Of a DNA stretch of 24,000 nucleotides, positions 8,808 through 17,502 are shown one piece after another; position 1 is the first letter of the stretch; each line of letters opens with the position of its first letter. The DNA lies in assembly GCF_002834385.1 (NCBI RefSeq), contig NZ_PITQ01000016.1, positions 1 to 24,000 on the forward strand, written 5' to 3'. This DNA is from Rahnella sp. AA (GTDB lineage: Bacteria; Pseudomonadota; Gammaproteobacteria; Enterobacterales; Enterobacteriaceae). The notes beneath the pieces are model-generated. The model saw nothing but the letters and a program-made list of their open reading frames with translations. It ran no database searches and had not been told where the DNA came from. The position numbers and the translations under genes were made by a program.

Positions 8808-10208
8808 ATGCCACAGCACTCACATTTTGATGCCATCATCATTGGCTCAGGCCCTGGCGGAGAAGGCGCCGCGATGGGACTGGTTAAACAAGGCGCCCGG
8901 GTTGCTGTCATCGAACGCTATAACAACGTCGGTGGCGGATGTACTCACTGGGGTACCATCCCCTCCAAAGCATTGCGCCACGCCGTAAGCAGAATCATCG
9001 AATTTAACCAAAACCCGCTCTACAGTGATAATTCCCGTACCCTGAGTTCCAGTTTCCCGGACATTTTGCGTCATGCAGATTCTGTCATAAATCAGCAGAC
9101 GCGCATGCGCCAGGGTTTTTACGAGAGAAACCAGTGCCAGCTGTTCTCGGGTGACGCCAGTTTTGTCGATGCCAACACGATCGACATCCGCTACGCGGAT
9201 AACACACACGAACAAATTACCGCCGACAATATTGTGATTGCCTGCGGTTCACGTCCTTACCGCCCGGCTAACGTCGATTTCGGTCACCCGCGCATTTATG
9301 ACAGCGACCTGATCCTCGAACTGAACCACGAACCCCGCCACGTCATCATTTATGGCGCGGGCGTTATCGGCTGCGAATATGCGTCTATCTTCCGCGGTCT
9401 GAACGTTAAAGTGGATTTAATCAACACCCGCGACCGCCTGCTGTCTTTCCTCGATCAGGAAATGTCAGACGCCCTTTCCTATCACTTCTGGAATAACGGT
9501 GTGGTCATCCGCCACAACGAAGAATTCGAGATGATCGAAGGCGTGGAAGACGGTGTGATCATGCACCTGAAATCCGGTAAAAAAGTGAAAGCCGACGCCC
9601 TGTTGTACGCCAACGGACGCACCGGTAACACGGACAAACTGGGTCTGGAAAATATTGGTCTGGAAGCCGACAGCCGCGGTTTGCTCAAAGTAAACAGCAT
9701 GTACCAGACAGCGTTGTCGCATATTTATGCCGTCGGCGACGTCATTGGCTATCCGAGTCTGGCTTCAGCGGCTTACGACCAGGGCCGCATTGCCGCACAG
9801 GCGATGATTCAGGGCGAAGCGAAAGTGCATCTGATCGAAAACATTCCGACTGGCATTTATACCATTCCTGAAATCAGCTCCGTCGGCAAAACCGAGCAGG
9901 AACTGACGTCCATGAAGGTGCCTTACGAAGTGGGCCGTGCGCAGTTCAAACATCTGGCCCGCGCGCAAATCGCCGGAATGAATGTGGGGAGCCTCAAGCT
10001 GCTGTTCCATCGTGATACCAAAGAAATTCTGGGTATTCACTGCTTTGGAGAGCGTGCGGCGGAAATTATCCATATCGGTCAGGCCATTATGGAACAGAAA
10101 GGCGAAGGCAATACTATCGAGTATTTCGTTAATACGACCTTCAACTATCCGACCATGGCAGAAGCTTATCGCGTAGCGGCACTGAACGGATTAAACCGCC
10201 TTTTTTAA
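8808..10208 (+). CDS. sthA: Soluble pyridine nucleotide transhydrogenase SthA (UdhA)
   Basis: From [38 protein letters not shown] to ...[13 protein letters not shown] the product closely matches E. coli SthA (466 aa). The start is moved to ATG 8808, Met11 of the tracked ORF. Confidence 0.96.
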   Translation: MPQHSHFDAIIIGSGPGGEGAAMGLVKQGARVAVIERYNNVGGGCTHWGTIPSKALRHAVSRIIEFNQNPLYSDNSRTLSSSFPDILRHADSVINQQTRMRQGFYERNQCQLFSGDASFVDANTIDIRYADNTHEQITADNIVIACGSRPYRPANVDFGHPRIYDSDLILELNHEPRHVIIYGAGVIGCEYASIFRGLNVKVDLINTRDRLLSFLDQEMSDALSYHFWNNGVVIRHNEEFEMIEGVEDGVIMHLKSGKKVKADALLYANGRTGNTDKLGLENIGLEADSRGLLKVNSMYQTALSHIYAVGDVIGYPSLASAAYDQGRIAAQAMIQGEAKVHLIENIPTGIYTIPEISSVGKTEQELTSMKVPYEVGRAQFKHLARAQIAGMNVGSLKLLFHRDTKEILGIHCFGERAAEIIHIGQAIMEQKGEGNTIEYFVNTTFNYPTMAEAYRVAALNGLNRLF

Positions 10209-11114
10209 GCCCGCGGCTTTATCCATATAAGGTTGCATGTGCTCTTTGATGGCTTCGGCCAGTTGTTCATAGCGCCCGCGCAGTGGCGAACCGGGACGAT
10301 ACACCAGCGCGATTGTGCGACGGGGTTCCGGTTTGTCACATGTCAGATACGTGACGCCATCGCGGCTGCGCTCATTCGGCACCGCCAGCGAAGGCAGCAG
10401 GGTAATACCACTTCCCGCCGCGACCATATTACGCAGCGTTTCCAGGCTGGTCGCGCGGAAGTGAGTATCTTCATCTGCCCCGGCCTGGAAGCAAAAACCC
10501 AGCGCCTGATCGCGCAGGCAGTGTCCGTCCTCAAGCATCAGCAGCTTTTCACCCGCCAGATCCGCCATTGCAACACGCTCGCGCGATGCCCACGGATGAT
10601 CGTCGTAAATCGCCAGTTTCATCGGCTCATCAAACAGCGGAACCTCGATAAAGGCTTCGCTTTCTTTGACCAGCGCCAGGATCGCACAATCAAGCTTACC
10701 GCTGTCGAGTTGTGCAAGTAGCTGGTGGGTTTGCGCTTCATGCAGATACATTTCGAGTTTAGGGAATGTTTTATGCAGTGAAGGAATGATTTGCGGCAAC
10801 AGATAAGGCCCGACGGTAGGAATTAGCCCGATATGCATCGGCCCGGACATCGCTTCGCCCTGCTGGCTGGCCATCTCTTTGAGGACTTTCACTTCACGCA
10901 ATACGGTGCGGGCCTGGTCGACCAACAGTAAACCGGCTTGCGTAAACAGCACTTTACGGCTGGTTCTTTCGAGCAACATGACACCCAGTTCGTCTTCCAG
11001 CTTGCGGATCTGCCCGCTCAGCGTTGGCTGACTGACATGGCATGAATCTGCGGCACGACGAAAATGACGGAACTCGGCGAGAGCCACCAGATATTCTAAA
11101 TCACGAATGTTCAT
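10191..11114 (-). CDS. oxyR: LysR-family hydrogen-peroxide sensor/regulator OxyR
   Basis: [60 protein letters not shown] is essentially E. coli OxyR. The redox cysteines are in context ([14 protein letters not shown]). The 3' end overlaps the sthA 3' end by 18 nt. Confidence 0.97.
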   Translation of the reverse strand: MNIRDLEYLVALAEFRHFRRAADSCHVSQPTLSGQIRKLEDELGVMLLERTSRKVLFTQAGLLLVDQARTVLREVKVLKEMASQQGEAMSGPMHIGLIPTVGPYLLPQIIPSLHKTFPKLEMYLHEAQTHQLLAQLDSGKLDCAILALVKESEAFIEVPLFDEPMKLAIYDDHPWASRERVAMADLAGEKLLMLEDGHCLRDQALGFCFQAGADEDTHFRATSLETLRNMVAAGSGITLLPSLAVPNERSRDGVTYLTCDKPEPRRTIALVYRPGSPLRGRYEQLAEAIKEHMQPYMDKAAGLKKAV

Positions 11115-11143
11115 TTTTCCTCCAGCCTCTCTAAGGCAATGCG

Positions 11144-11180
11144 ATAGCTGTTAACGATAGATAAGATAGCAACCAACGAT
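11144..11180. promoter_or_regulatory. OxyR binding site in the oxyR / peroxiredoxin divergent promoter region
   Basis: The site reads ATAG(11144-47)-N7-CGAT(11155-58)-N7-ATAG(11166-69)-N7-CGAT(11177-80). This fits the four-element OxyR motif ATAG-N7-CTAT-N7-ATAG-N7-CTAT, with one mismatch in each of two elements. It starts 30 bp upstream of the oxyR ATG and ends about 23 bp upstream of a possible -10 AATAAT (11204-11209) for the plus-strand gene. Confidence 0.7.
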
Positions 11181-11274
11181 TATATCTATCAAGAGTTATC
11201 GTTAATAATGCTTTCCAACGAAAAAGCACTGTCGAAAATACTTTCTATTTTATTGATTAATTAAGAGGTTATTC

Positions 11275-12036
11275 ATGTTTGCAAGCCAGGAAGGGAAACA
11301 CGTACCGCACGTTACTTTTCACACCCGCCAGGGCGATCAATGGGTAGATCTCAGTACGGATGAATTGTTCAAAAATAAAACAGTCATTGTCTTTTCACTG
11401 CCGGGCGCATTCACCCCGACATGTTCCTCGAGCCACCTGCCGCGTTATAACGAGCTGGCTCCGGTGTTCAAAAGCCACGGAGTGGACAGCATTCTGTGTG
11501 TTTCCGTAAACGACACCTTTGTCATGAACGCCTGGAAATCAGAGCAGAAGGCATCGAACATTACCTTTATTCCGGACGGCAACGGTGAATTCACCAAAGG
11601 CATGGACATGCTGGTCGAGAAAGCGGATTTAGGTTTCGGCCCGCGTTCATGGCGTTATTCCATGCTGGTACGTAACGGCGTGGTCGAGAAAATGTTCGTT
11701 GAACCAAACAAGCCGGGCGACCCGTTTGAAGTGTCAGATGCAGACACAATGCTGAAATACCTGGCACCAGAATACAAAGTGCAGGAGTCGGTTTCCGTAT
11801 TCACCAAACCGGGCTGCCCGTTCTGCGCCAAAGCCAAACAGATGTTGCAGGAACGCGGTATTCAGTATGAAGAAATCGTACTGGGCAAAGACGCCACCAC
11901 CGTCAGCCTGCGCGCTGTCACCGGCCGGGCGACCGTGCCGCAAGTCTTTATCGGCGGACGCCACATTGGCGGAAGCGACGATCTGGACGTTTACCTGCAT
12001 TCAGAAACACAAGAAGTGTGCGAAGTTGCACAATAA
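11275..12036 (+). CDS. Hybrid peroxiredoxin-glutaredoxin (Prx5-type peroxidase fused to Grx domain)
   Basis: The N-terminal Prx5 domain carries the peroxidatic Cys in [17 protein letters not shown]. The C-terminal Grx domain has the CPFC active site ([16 protein letters not shown]) and the [16 protein letters not shown] motif. AAGAGG lies upstream of the ATG. It is divergent from oxyR. Confidence 0.9.
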   Translation: MFASQEGKHVPHVTFHTRQGDQWVDLSTDELFKNKTVIVFSLPGAFTPTCSSSHLPRYNELAPVFKSHGVDSILCVSVNDTFVMNAWKSEQKASNITFIPDGNGEFTKGMDMLVEKADLGFGPRSWRYSMLVRNGVVEKMFVEPNKPGDPFEVSDADTMLKYLAPEYKVQESVSVFTKPGCPFCAKAKQMLQERGIQYEEIVLGKDATTVSLRAVTGRATVPQVFIGGRHIGGSDDLDVYLHSETQEVCEVAQ

Positions 12037-12120
12037 GCTTCACCGGAAACAGCTGTAAGAAGTAAGACGATAATCCCTGCATTACCAACAAAAAAGCAAA
12101 GTTAGACTACGTGAACTTTC

Positions 12121-12150
12121 GGCGGGCTTAGTGCCCGCCATTTTTTATTT
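12121..12150 (+). terminator. Rho-independent terminator of the peroxiredoxin gene
   Basis: GGCGGGC-TTAGT-GCCCGCC is followed by ATTTTTTATTT. Confidence 0.85.
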
Positions 12151-12225
12151 CTGCGATCTCAGCCCGTTTTTTCCCGACCTTCTCCTGCAACACTTTGCGG
12201 CCAACGGATCCCGGATGGCAGGACG

Positions 12226-13248
12226 ATGACGGCGCAAAAGCCCCGCACTAAAATCACTCAGCAGGATGTCGCACGCCTGGCAGGCGTTTCCGTTGCTGCG
12301 GTTTCGCTGGTGCTCGGCGGTAAAGGAAGGATATCCCCCGAAGGCGTGGAGCGCATTTATCAGGCCATCGACCAGCTCGGTTATCGTTTACCGGCCACAC
12401 CGCCAGTCGCGCCTTTCACACGAACAGGCATTCTGCTTTCGCCGGATTGCGCTTTCGCCGCCGGTTTACTCCCCGAATTGTCCCGTGCGCTGCAGCAGAT
12501 CGGATTCATACTTTTACCGTGCTACGCCGATGCAAACACGCTTCTGGAACACGCCGCGCAACTTCTGGCGCAGGACGTGCGCGGGATTTTCGTGTGCGGG
12601 AAATTACTCAATGCGCAGCCTGATGCGCTGAAAGCCCTCCATGCTCGGGCGACGGCGCGGCATGTGGCGCTGACCGGCGTCGGCACGCATTTCCATACCG
12701 GTCCGCTCGCGACAATTCATCCCGACAACGCGCTGGCCGCACACATGGCAACGGACGCGTTGCTTCAACAGCAGCACCAGAATATTGGTTATCTCGGCGG
12801 GGAGAATCATTCACTGGTTCGCGCCGAGCGGCTGGGCGGCCTTTCCCTCGCGCTCGGGAAAGCCGGTCTGGCGTTTTCCGCATCGTTAAGTCAGCCCTGC
12901 GCAGCAACATTTGACGACAGCTTCCGCGCAGTCACTCAGCTGATCAAACAAAGCCCCAAAATTTCCGCAATTCTTTGCGACAACCCGACGGTGTTACTGG
13001 CCGCGCACCACGCGCTGGCCGAAGGTTTGCAAACGTCCCGGTGGCGGCTGTTCTCGCGCCGCATCGCGCTGACCGGTTTCGGCGAGTGCGAACATTCCCT
13101 GAAACTGGCTTTGCCGCTGGTTGCCGCTCGTCATGCCGCGATGGCGGCGTGCGCAGTGGAATGCCTGCATGCGCAGCTGGCCGGAGAAACATTATTGCCT
13201 GACGACCCGCGTCTGAAGGTATCTCCGGCGTTTCTCGCTTCTGCTTAA
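12226..13248 (+). CDS. LacI/GalR-family transcriptional regulator
   Basis: The N-terminal HTH reads ITQQDVARLAGVSVAAVSLVLGGKGRISPEGVERIYQAIDQLGY and is followed by a periplasmic-binding-protein-like sugar-binding fold (340 aa). It sits directly upstream of the PTS/peptidase operon. Confidence 0.85.
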   Translation: MTAQKPRTKITQQDVARLAGVSVAAVSLVLGGKGRISPEGVERIYQAIDQLGYRLPATPPVAPFTRTGILLSPDCAFAAGLLPELSRALQQIGFILLPCYADANTLLEHAAQLLAQDVRGIFVCGKLLNAQPDALKALHARATARHVALTGVGTHFHTGPLATIHPDNALAAHMATDALLQQQHQNIGYLGGENHSLVRAERLGGLSLALGKAGLAFSASLSQPCAATFDDSFRAVTQLIKQSPKISAILCDNPTVLLAAHHALAEGLQTSRWRLFSRRIALTGFGECEHSLKLALPLVAARHAAMAACAVECLHAQLAGETLLPDDPRLKVSPAFLASA

Positions 13249-13362
13249 AAAAACCGGCGAAAAATTTTACCCGTTTTATTTATCAATTCTGAACCCTGCC
13301 TTTTGACGGTTTTTCCGCCAGCCCCAATGCTGTGACCATTGTTTTTCGGAGGGTTAACGTCA

Positions 13363-14748
13363 ATGACTGACTTCGCAGCGCATGCCCGGGAGCGGGCGCA
13401 GCATTTCCTCACCTTACTCGCCCAGTGGGTGGCGATCCCTTCGCCGTTCGACACAGCCAGCCAGCAGCCGGATGCGCCTTTTGGCCGTGGCGTTGCCGAC
13501 GCGCTCAGCTGGTGGCAAAAACTCGGCGACGACGCCGGGCTGAACACGCTCAATGTCGACAACCACGCCGTCCATATTGAATACGGCAGCGGCGAGGAAA
13601 TCGTGTATGTCTTCGGTCACGCTGACGTAGTTCCCGCCGGTGACGGCTGGTATTTTCCGCCGTATCAGCTCTCCCGTCTGGGCGACAATCTGATCGGGCG
13701 CGGCGTCGTGGATGACAAAGGCCCGATGATTGCCGCCTGGCTGGCGCTGGATATTCTGCGTGAACTGAATCTTCCTCTCTCACGCCGCATCCGGCTGGTG
13801 GCGGGTGGCAACGAAGAGACCGGTTTCCGCTGCATTCGCCGCTATTTTGAATCGCAGCCGCAACCTGCTTTTGCTTTCACGCCTGACGGAAAGTTCCCGG
13901 TGATTTACGGCGAAAAGGGCTCTTTGCTGGTCACGCTGACGTCGCCGGTTGAACAGCCTGATTTGACCGTGTCCTGCGGCAGTGTGCTGAACACCATCCC
14001 GGACGTCGCCCGGCTGAACGGATTGTCGCTCTCCTCCGGCGGCTGGACGTTACCCGACGGTTTTACGTTGCTGGCCGAGCCGGGGCAAATTAATCACTGG
14101 CAGCTTTATGGTCGCGGCGGGCACTCCTCAAAACCAGAAGCCTGTCTGAATCCGATTGCGGGTGCCGCACAACTGCTTCATCAGCGTTTCAGCGCACGCT
14201 GGACACAACAACTTTGCGAAATCACCGCGCCAGAAACCGGCCAGAGCGGCGTGCAATTCGCGCTGGATACGCCGGGAGAATGCGGTCAGATCCGGCTGGT
14301 TCCCGTCGTCCTGAACATCGAAAACGGGGTGATGTCGCTGACGCTGAACGTCCGTTATCCCGAAAACCTGCCCCCGGAAAACATCGCTGAACGGCTCACG
14401 ATCTGGAACCTCAGCTGGCCTGACAGCCACATCAACATTGAGCCGGTCAAATCACCGAGCCTTTATCCGCCGGACAGCGCGCTGGTGAAGACGTTGCACG
14501 AGATTTACACCCGTCATACCGGCGATACAAACCACCCGTCGCGCACCACCGGCGCAGGCAGTTACGCCAGCGCAATGCAAAACGCGGTGATTTTTGGCTG
14601 CGAATTTCCCGACGGGTCTTCCGGCAATACACACGGCGCGGACGAATACGGCAGCCTGAGCCGTTTTATCAGCGCCATCGGCATCTACGCCGAAGCCCTT
14701 TACCGGCTGGCAAATCTGCCCGCCGCTCCTTCCGATAACACGAGGTAA
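13363..14748 (+). CDS. M20-family metallopeptidase, PepV/Sapep-like dipeptidase
   Basis: M20 metal and catalytic motifs are present: FGHADVVPAG (His/Asp), GRGVVDDKGP (bridging Asp), GGNEETG (Glu-Glu), FTPDGKFPVIYGEKG and C-terminal GNTHGADEY. The start is taken at ATG 13363 (MTDFAAH...), with GGAGGG 10 nt upstream. The tracked 13339 start is a TTG. Confidence 0.85.
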   Translation: MTDFAAHARERAQHFLTLLAQWVAIPSPFDTASQQPDAPFGRGVADALSWWQKLGDDAGLNTLNVDNHAVHIEYGSGEEIVYVFGHADVVPAGDGWYFPPYQLSRLGDNLIGRGVVDDKGPMIAAWLALDILRELNLPLSRRIRLVAGGNEETGFRCIRRYFESQPQPAFAFTPDGKFPVIYGEKGSLLVTLTSPVEQPDLTVSCGSVLNTIPDVARLNGLSLSSGGWTLPDGFTLLAEPGQINHWQLYGRGGHSSKPEACLNPIAGAAQLLHQRFSARWTQQLCEITAPETGQSGVQFALDTPGECGQIRLVPVVLNIENGVMSLTLNVRYPENLPPENIAERLTIWNLSWPDSHINIEPVKSPSLYPPDSALVKTLHEIYTRHTGDTNHPSRTTGAGSYASAMQNAVIFGCEFPDGSSGNTHGADEYGSLSRFISAIGIYAEALYRLANLPAAPSDNTR

Positions 14749-14754
14749 TTCACG

Positions 14755-15075
14755 ATGTCTGCAAAAAAACTGATTGCGCTGTGCGCCTGCCCGATGGGTC
14801 TTGCTCATACCTTTATGGCCGCCGAAGCCATTGAAGTCGCCGCCCGCCAGCGCGGTTATGACGTGAAAATTGAAACGCAGGGTGCCGACGGTATTCAGAA
14901 CGAACTGACGGCAGAAGATATCGCGCAGGCCACAATCATCATCCACGCTACCGGCGTTACGCCGCAAAACATCGAGCGTTTTAACGGCGTCGAAGTGTAT
15001 GAAGTTGAACTGAAAGATGCGGTGAAAAATGCCGGCGGCCTGATTGATGAGATTGAAGCCGATCAGGCTCAGTGA
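14755..15075 (+). CDS. PTS fructose-family EIIB component
   Basis: The 106-aa product has the phospho-cysteine loop ALCACPMGLAHTFMAAEA typical of Fru-type IIB (FrwB/FryB/FrvB-like). Its start is 6 nt after the M20 stop and is preceded by GAGG. Confidence 0.88.
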   Translation: MSAKKLIALCACPMGLAHTFMAAEAIEVAARQRGYDVKIETQGADGIQNELTAEDIAQATIIIHATGVTPQNIERFNGVEVYEVELKDAVKNAGGLIDEIEADQAQ

Positions 15076-15111
15076 CCCCACTTTTGCTTTTTTAAGCGCA
15101 AGGCGTTTTCC

Positions 15112-16347
15112 GTGGCGATAAGAAAAAGAGTCATTAATACCGGTCACAGCCAGGCGTCTGACACGCCGTCTGCGGGGCCGGCGGGTAAAGGCCAGAGCCA
15201 TGCCTGGAAAGAATTCAGCAAACACATCATGACCGGCATTTCCTACATGATCCCGGTGCTGATCATGGGCGGTCTGATTGGCGCGCTGTCGCAAATCATT
15301 CCTTATGTTTTTCTGGGAATGTCGCCGGACGAATCCATCATGGCGGCGCTCAACAGCGGGCGCTACAGCGGCAGTTCTGTCTGGATGTTGCAAATCGCCA
15401 GCATCATGGAAAGCTTCGGTTTCACGCTTTTTGGCTTCGCTATTCCGATGTTCGCAGCATTTACCGCCAACTCCATCGGCGGCAAAACGGCGCTGGCGGC
15501 CGGGTTTATCGGCGGTTATGTCTCGATTAAACCTGTCGCCATTCCGGCACTGATCAATGGTGAATGGGCCGCCGCTGCGCCGGTCGCTTCGGGCTTTCTG
15601 GGTGCTATCGTGATTGCCTTCGTCGTGGGCTATTTTGTCCGCTGGCTGAACAACACCATCAAACTGCCGCACAACTGGCTGGCGTTCAAAACCACCTTTT
15701 TCATCCCGCTGATTTCCGCGATTGTCGCGATGTTGCTGATGGTTTTCCTGATAACCCCCATCGGCGGCTGGCTGAACACGCTCATCCGTGAAGCGTTGCA
15801 GGCCGCAGGCGCGGCGGGCACATATTTCTACGCAACCTTACTGGCAGCGGCGACGGCGTTTGATCTCGGCGGTCCGGTGAACAAAGCCGCCGGATTCGTG
15901 GCTCTCGGCTTTACGACGGAAAAAGTGTTGCCGATCACCGCGCGCTGTCTGGCGGTCGTTATTCCGTCGTTCGGTCTCGGGCTGTCGACGGTGATCGACA
16001 AATGGCTGGTCGGGCGGCGTGTTTACGATCGCCAGTTCAACCAGATTGGCCGCACCGCGATTTTCCTCGGTTTTATGGGGATTTCGGAAGGGTCTATTCC
16101 GTTTGCGCTCGAACGTCCCGGGTTTGTGATCCCGGTGTACGTGATCGGGGCCATTATCGGCGCGCTGCTGGGGGTTTCGCTCGGCGCGGTGCAATGGTTC
16201 CCGGAATCCGCGATCTGGGCATGGCCGCTGATCAGCAACATTCCGGCCTATCTTATTGGTCTGGCAGGCGGTTCGCTGTTTATCGCCGTGACCTGCGTGT
16301 TCTACCGTAATCGTCTGATCAAAAAAGGCTTACTCGAAATCGCCTGA
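15112..16347 (+). CDS. PTS fructose-family EIIC permease
   Basis: This polytopic membrane protein has the Fru-type IIC entry motif KHIMTGISYMIPVLIMGG, GGPVNKAA, and a conserved GISEGSIPFA loop. The only in-frame start upstream of the conserved motif is GTG 15112, which gives a hydrophilic N-terminal extension of about 35 aa. The start is therefore less certain than the call. Confidence 0.85.
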   Translation: MAIRKRVINTGHSQASDTPSAGPAGKGQSHAWKEFSKHIMTGISYMIPVLIMGGLIGALSQIIPYVFLGMSPDESIMAALNSGRYSGSSVWMLQIASIMESFGFTLFGFAIPMFAAFTANSIGGKTALAAGFIGGYVSIKPVAIPALINGEWAAAAPVASGFLGAIVIAFVVGYFVRWLNNTIKLPHNWLAFKTTFFIPLISAIVAMLLMVFLITPIGGWLNTLIREALQAAGAAGTYFYATLLAAATAFDLGGPVNKAAGFVALGFTTEKVLPITARCLAVVIPSFGLGLSTVIDKWLVGRRVYDRQFNQIGRTAIFLGFMGISEGSIPFALERPGFVIPVYVIGAIIGALLGVSLGAVQWFPESAIWAWPLISNIPAYLIGLAGGSLFIAVTCVFYRNRLIKKGLLEIA

Positions 16348-16399
16348 TCGCCATCCTGACAGGGCGCACCCGCGCCCTGTTCTGCTCACGAGAGGAAAC

Positions 16400-17470
16400 A
16401 TGAGCCGTCAGCAACGCCTTAATGTCCTGCGCCAGCACATGGCAGAACATCACATGTCCGCCGTTTTACTCACAGACAGATTCAGCAAATATTCGCTGGC
16501 TGATCTCTACAGCGCGTCCGGCTACGTGCTGGTCACCGCAGACAACCTGCTGATGCTGGTCGATGGCCGCTACAGCGCCGAATGCCGGCAGAACAATCCC
16601 AACACAGAAGTCGTCACGCTCACCGCAAAACTTCCGCTGGCAGAGATTCTTGCGCAGCATATTTCCGGTGATGGAACGCTGTTTGCCGATGCCAGCGCGC
16701 TGTCTCATCTGGCCTGGAAAACGCTGGAAAGCCAGTGCAACGCGCCGCTGCAACACTGGGACGCATCGGTTCTGCGTGTGCATAAATATGCCGATGAAAT
16801 CGTGATAATCCGTGAAGCGGCGGCGATTGCCGATCGCGCCTTGCAGGCCGTAAAGCCGCTGATCCGGCCAGGTATCAGCGAGAAAGCGCTGGCGGATCAT
16901 ATAGAAATGGCGGTCCGTCAGGCCGGTGGCAGCAAAACGTCGTTTGATACCGTGGTGGTCTCCGGCCTGCGCGGCGCATTGCCACACGGGCGTCCGACGG
17001 ATAAAAAGCTCGCAGCAGGTGAATTAGTGACGATTGATTTTGGCGCGGTCTGCCAGCATTACTGTTCCGATATGACGCGGACATTCGCACTGGGCAGCGT
17101 CAGTTCAGAACTGAAAACGTTATACGACACGGTACTTCTCGCCCAGCAGTCCGCTCGCGACGCCGTCAGGCCGGGAATTCGTTGTCAGGAACTTGATGCC
17201 GTGGCGCGCGATATTATTTCTGCGGCCGGATTTGGCGAGTACTTCAGCCACAATCTGGGGCATGGATTAGGGCTCGATGTCCACGAAGCCCCGACGCTCA
17301 GCCCGCAAAATACGCAACCGCTGGAACCAGGCATGGTGATCACCATCGAACCGGGCATTTATGTTCCGGGTCTGGGCGGTGTGAGGATTGAGGATGATGT
17401 TCTGGTAACAGAAAGCGGCAGCGAAGTGCTGACGAAAAGCCCGCGGGAATGGGAGGAGATGAGTGAGTGA
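16400..17470 (+). CDS. M24B-family Xaa-Pro aminopeptidase (YpdF/PepP-like)
   Basis: A creatinase-like N-domain is followed by a pita-bread domain with all metal ligands in context: VTIDFGAVCQHYCSDMTRTF (Asp, Asp), HNLGHGLGLDVHEAP (His), VITIEPGIY (Glu) and GVRIEDDVLVT (Glu). GAGG lies upstream of ATG 16400. Confidence 0.88.
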   Translation: MSRQQRLNVLRQHMAEHHMSAVLLTDRFSKYSLADLYSASGYVLVTADNLLMLVDGRYSAECRQNNPNTEVVTLTAKLPLAEILAQHISGDGTLFADASALSHLAWKTLESQCNAPLQHWDASVLRVHKYADEIVIIREAAAIADRALQAVKPLIRPGISEKALADHIEMAVRQAGGSKTSFDTVVVSGLRGALPHGRPTDKKLAAGELVTIDFGAVCQHYCSDMTRTFALGSVSSELKTLYDTVLLAQQSARDAVRPGIRCQELDAVARDIISAAGFGEYFSHNLGHGLGLDVHEAPTLSPQNTQPLEPGMVITIEPGIYVPGLGGVRIEDDVLVTESGSEVLTKSPREWEEMSE

Positions 17471-17478
17471 TGGGAATT

Positions 17479-17502
17479 TCTCCCCCGGTTCTGCGGGGGA
17501 GA
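17479..17502. terminator. GC-rich hairpin between the convergent M24 peptidase gene and argH
   Basis: TCTCCCCCG-GTTCTG-CGGGGGAGA is a 9-bp perfect stem. The flanks are AATT on the left and AAAAA on the right, so neither strand has a canonical U-tract after the stem. Its terminator function is plausible but not textbook. Confidence 0.5.

Noticed and set aside
8628-8819. 63-aa minus-strand ORF in the fabR-sthA divergent intergenic region
   Set aside because: It overlaps the sthA start and the likely promoters, has no SD, and its composition is atypical. It is most likely non-coding promoter DNA.
11115-11274. Search for an oxyS-like sRNA divergent from oxyR
   Set aside because: There is no stem-loop or U-tract terminator between the OxyR site and the peroxiredoxin ATG, and no resemblance to the E. 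coli oxyS sequence as I recall it. The region is best explained as the promoter plus 5' UTR of the Prx-Grx gene.
13252-13276. Possible LacI-family operator (AACCGGCGAAAAATTTTACCCGTT) and a TTGACG-N17-AATGCT promoter (13303-13331) upstream of the M20/PTS operon
   Set aside because: The inverted repeat is imperfect, needs an indel, and lacks the central CG typical of LacI-family operators. The -10 matches only 3 of 6 positions. This is too weak to report as a feature without a PWM or comparative footprint.
13794-13801. Chi site GCTGGTGG (others on the opposite strand near 4913 and 6063)
   Set aside because: Isolated Chi octamers at roughly this density are expected in enterobacterial DNA. There is no clustering or orientation pattern worth reporting in 24 kb.
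14452-15672. 406-aa minus-strand ORF spanning the M20 3' end, the PTS IIB gene and the IIC 5' part
   Set aside because: It is antisense to three well-supported genes in a GC-rich segment. The translation is Arg/Gly/Ala-rich with no domain-like motifs. Long stop-free antisense frames are expected where GC3 is high.
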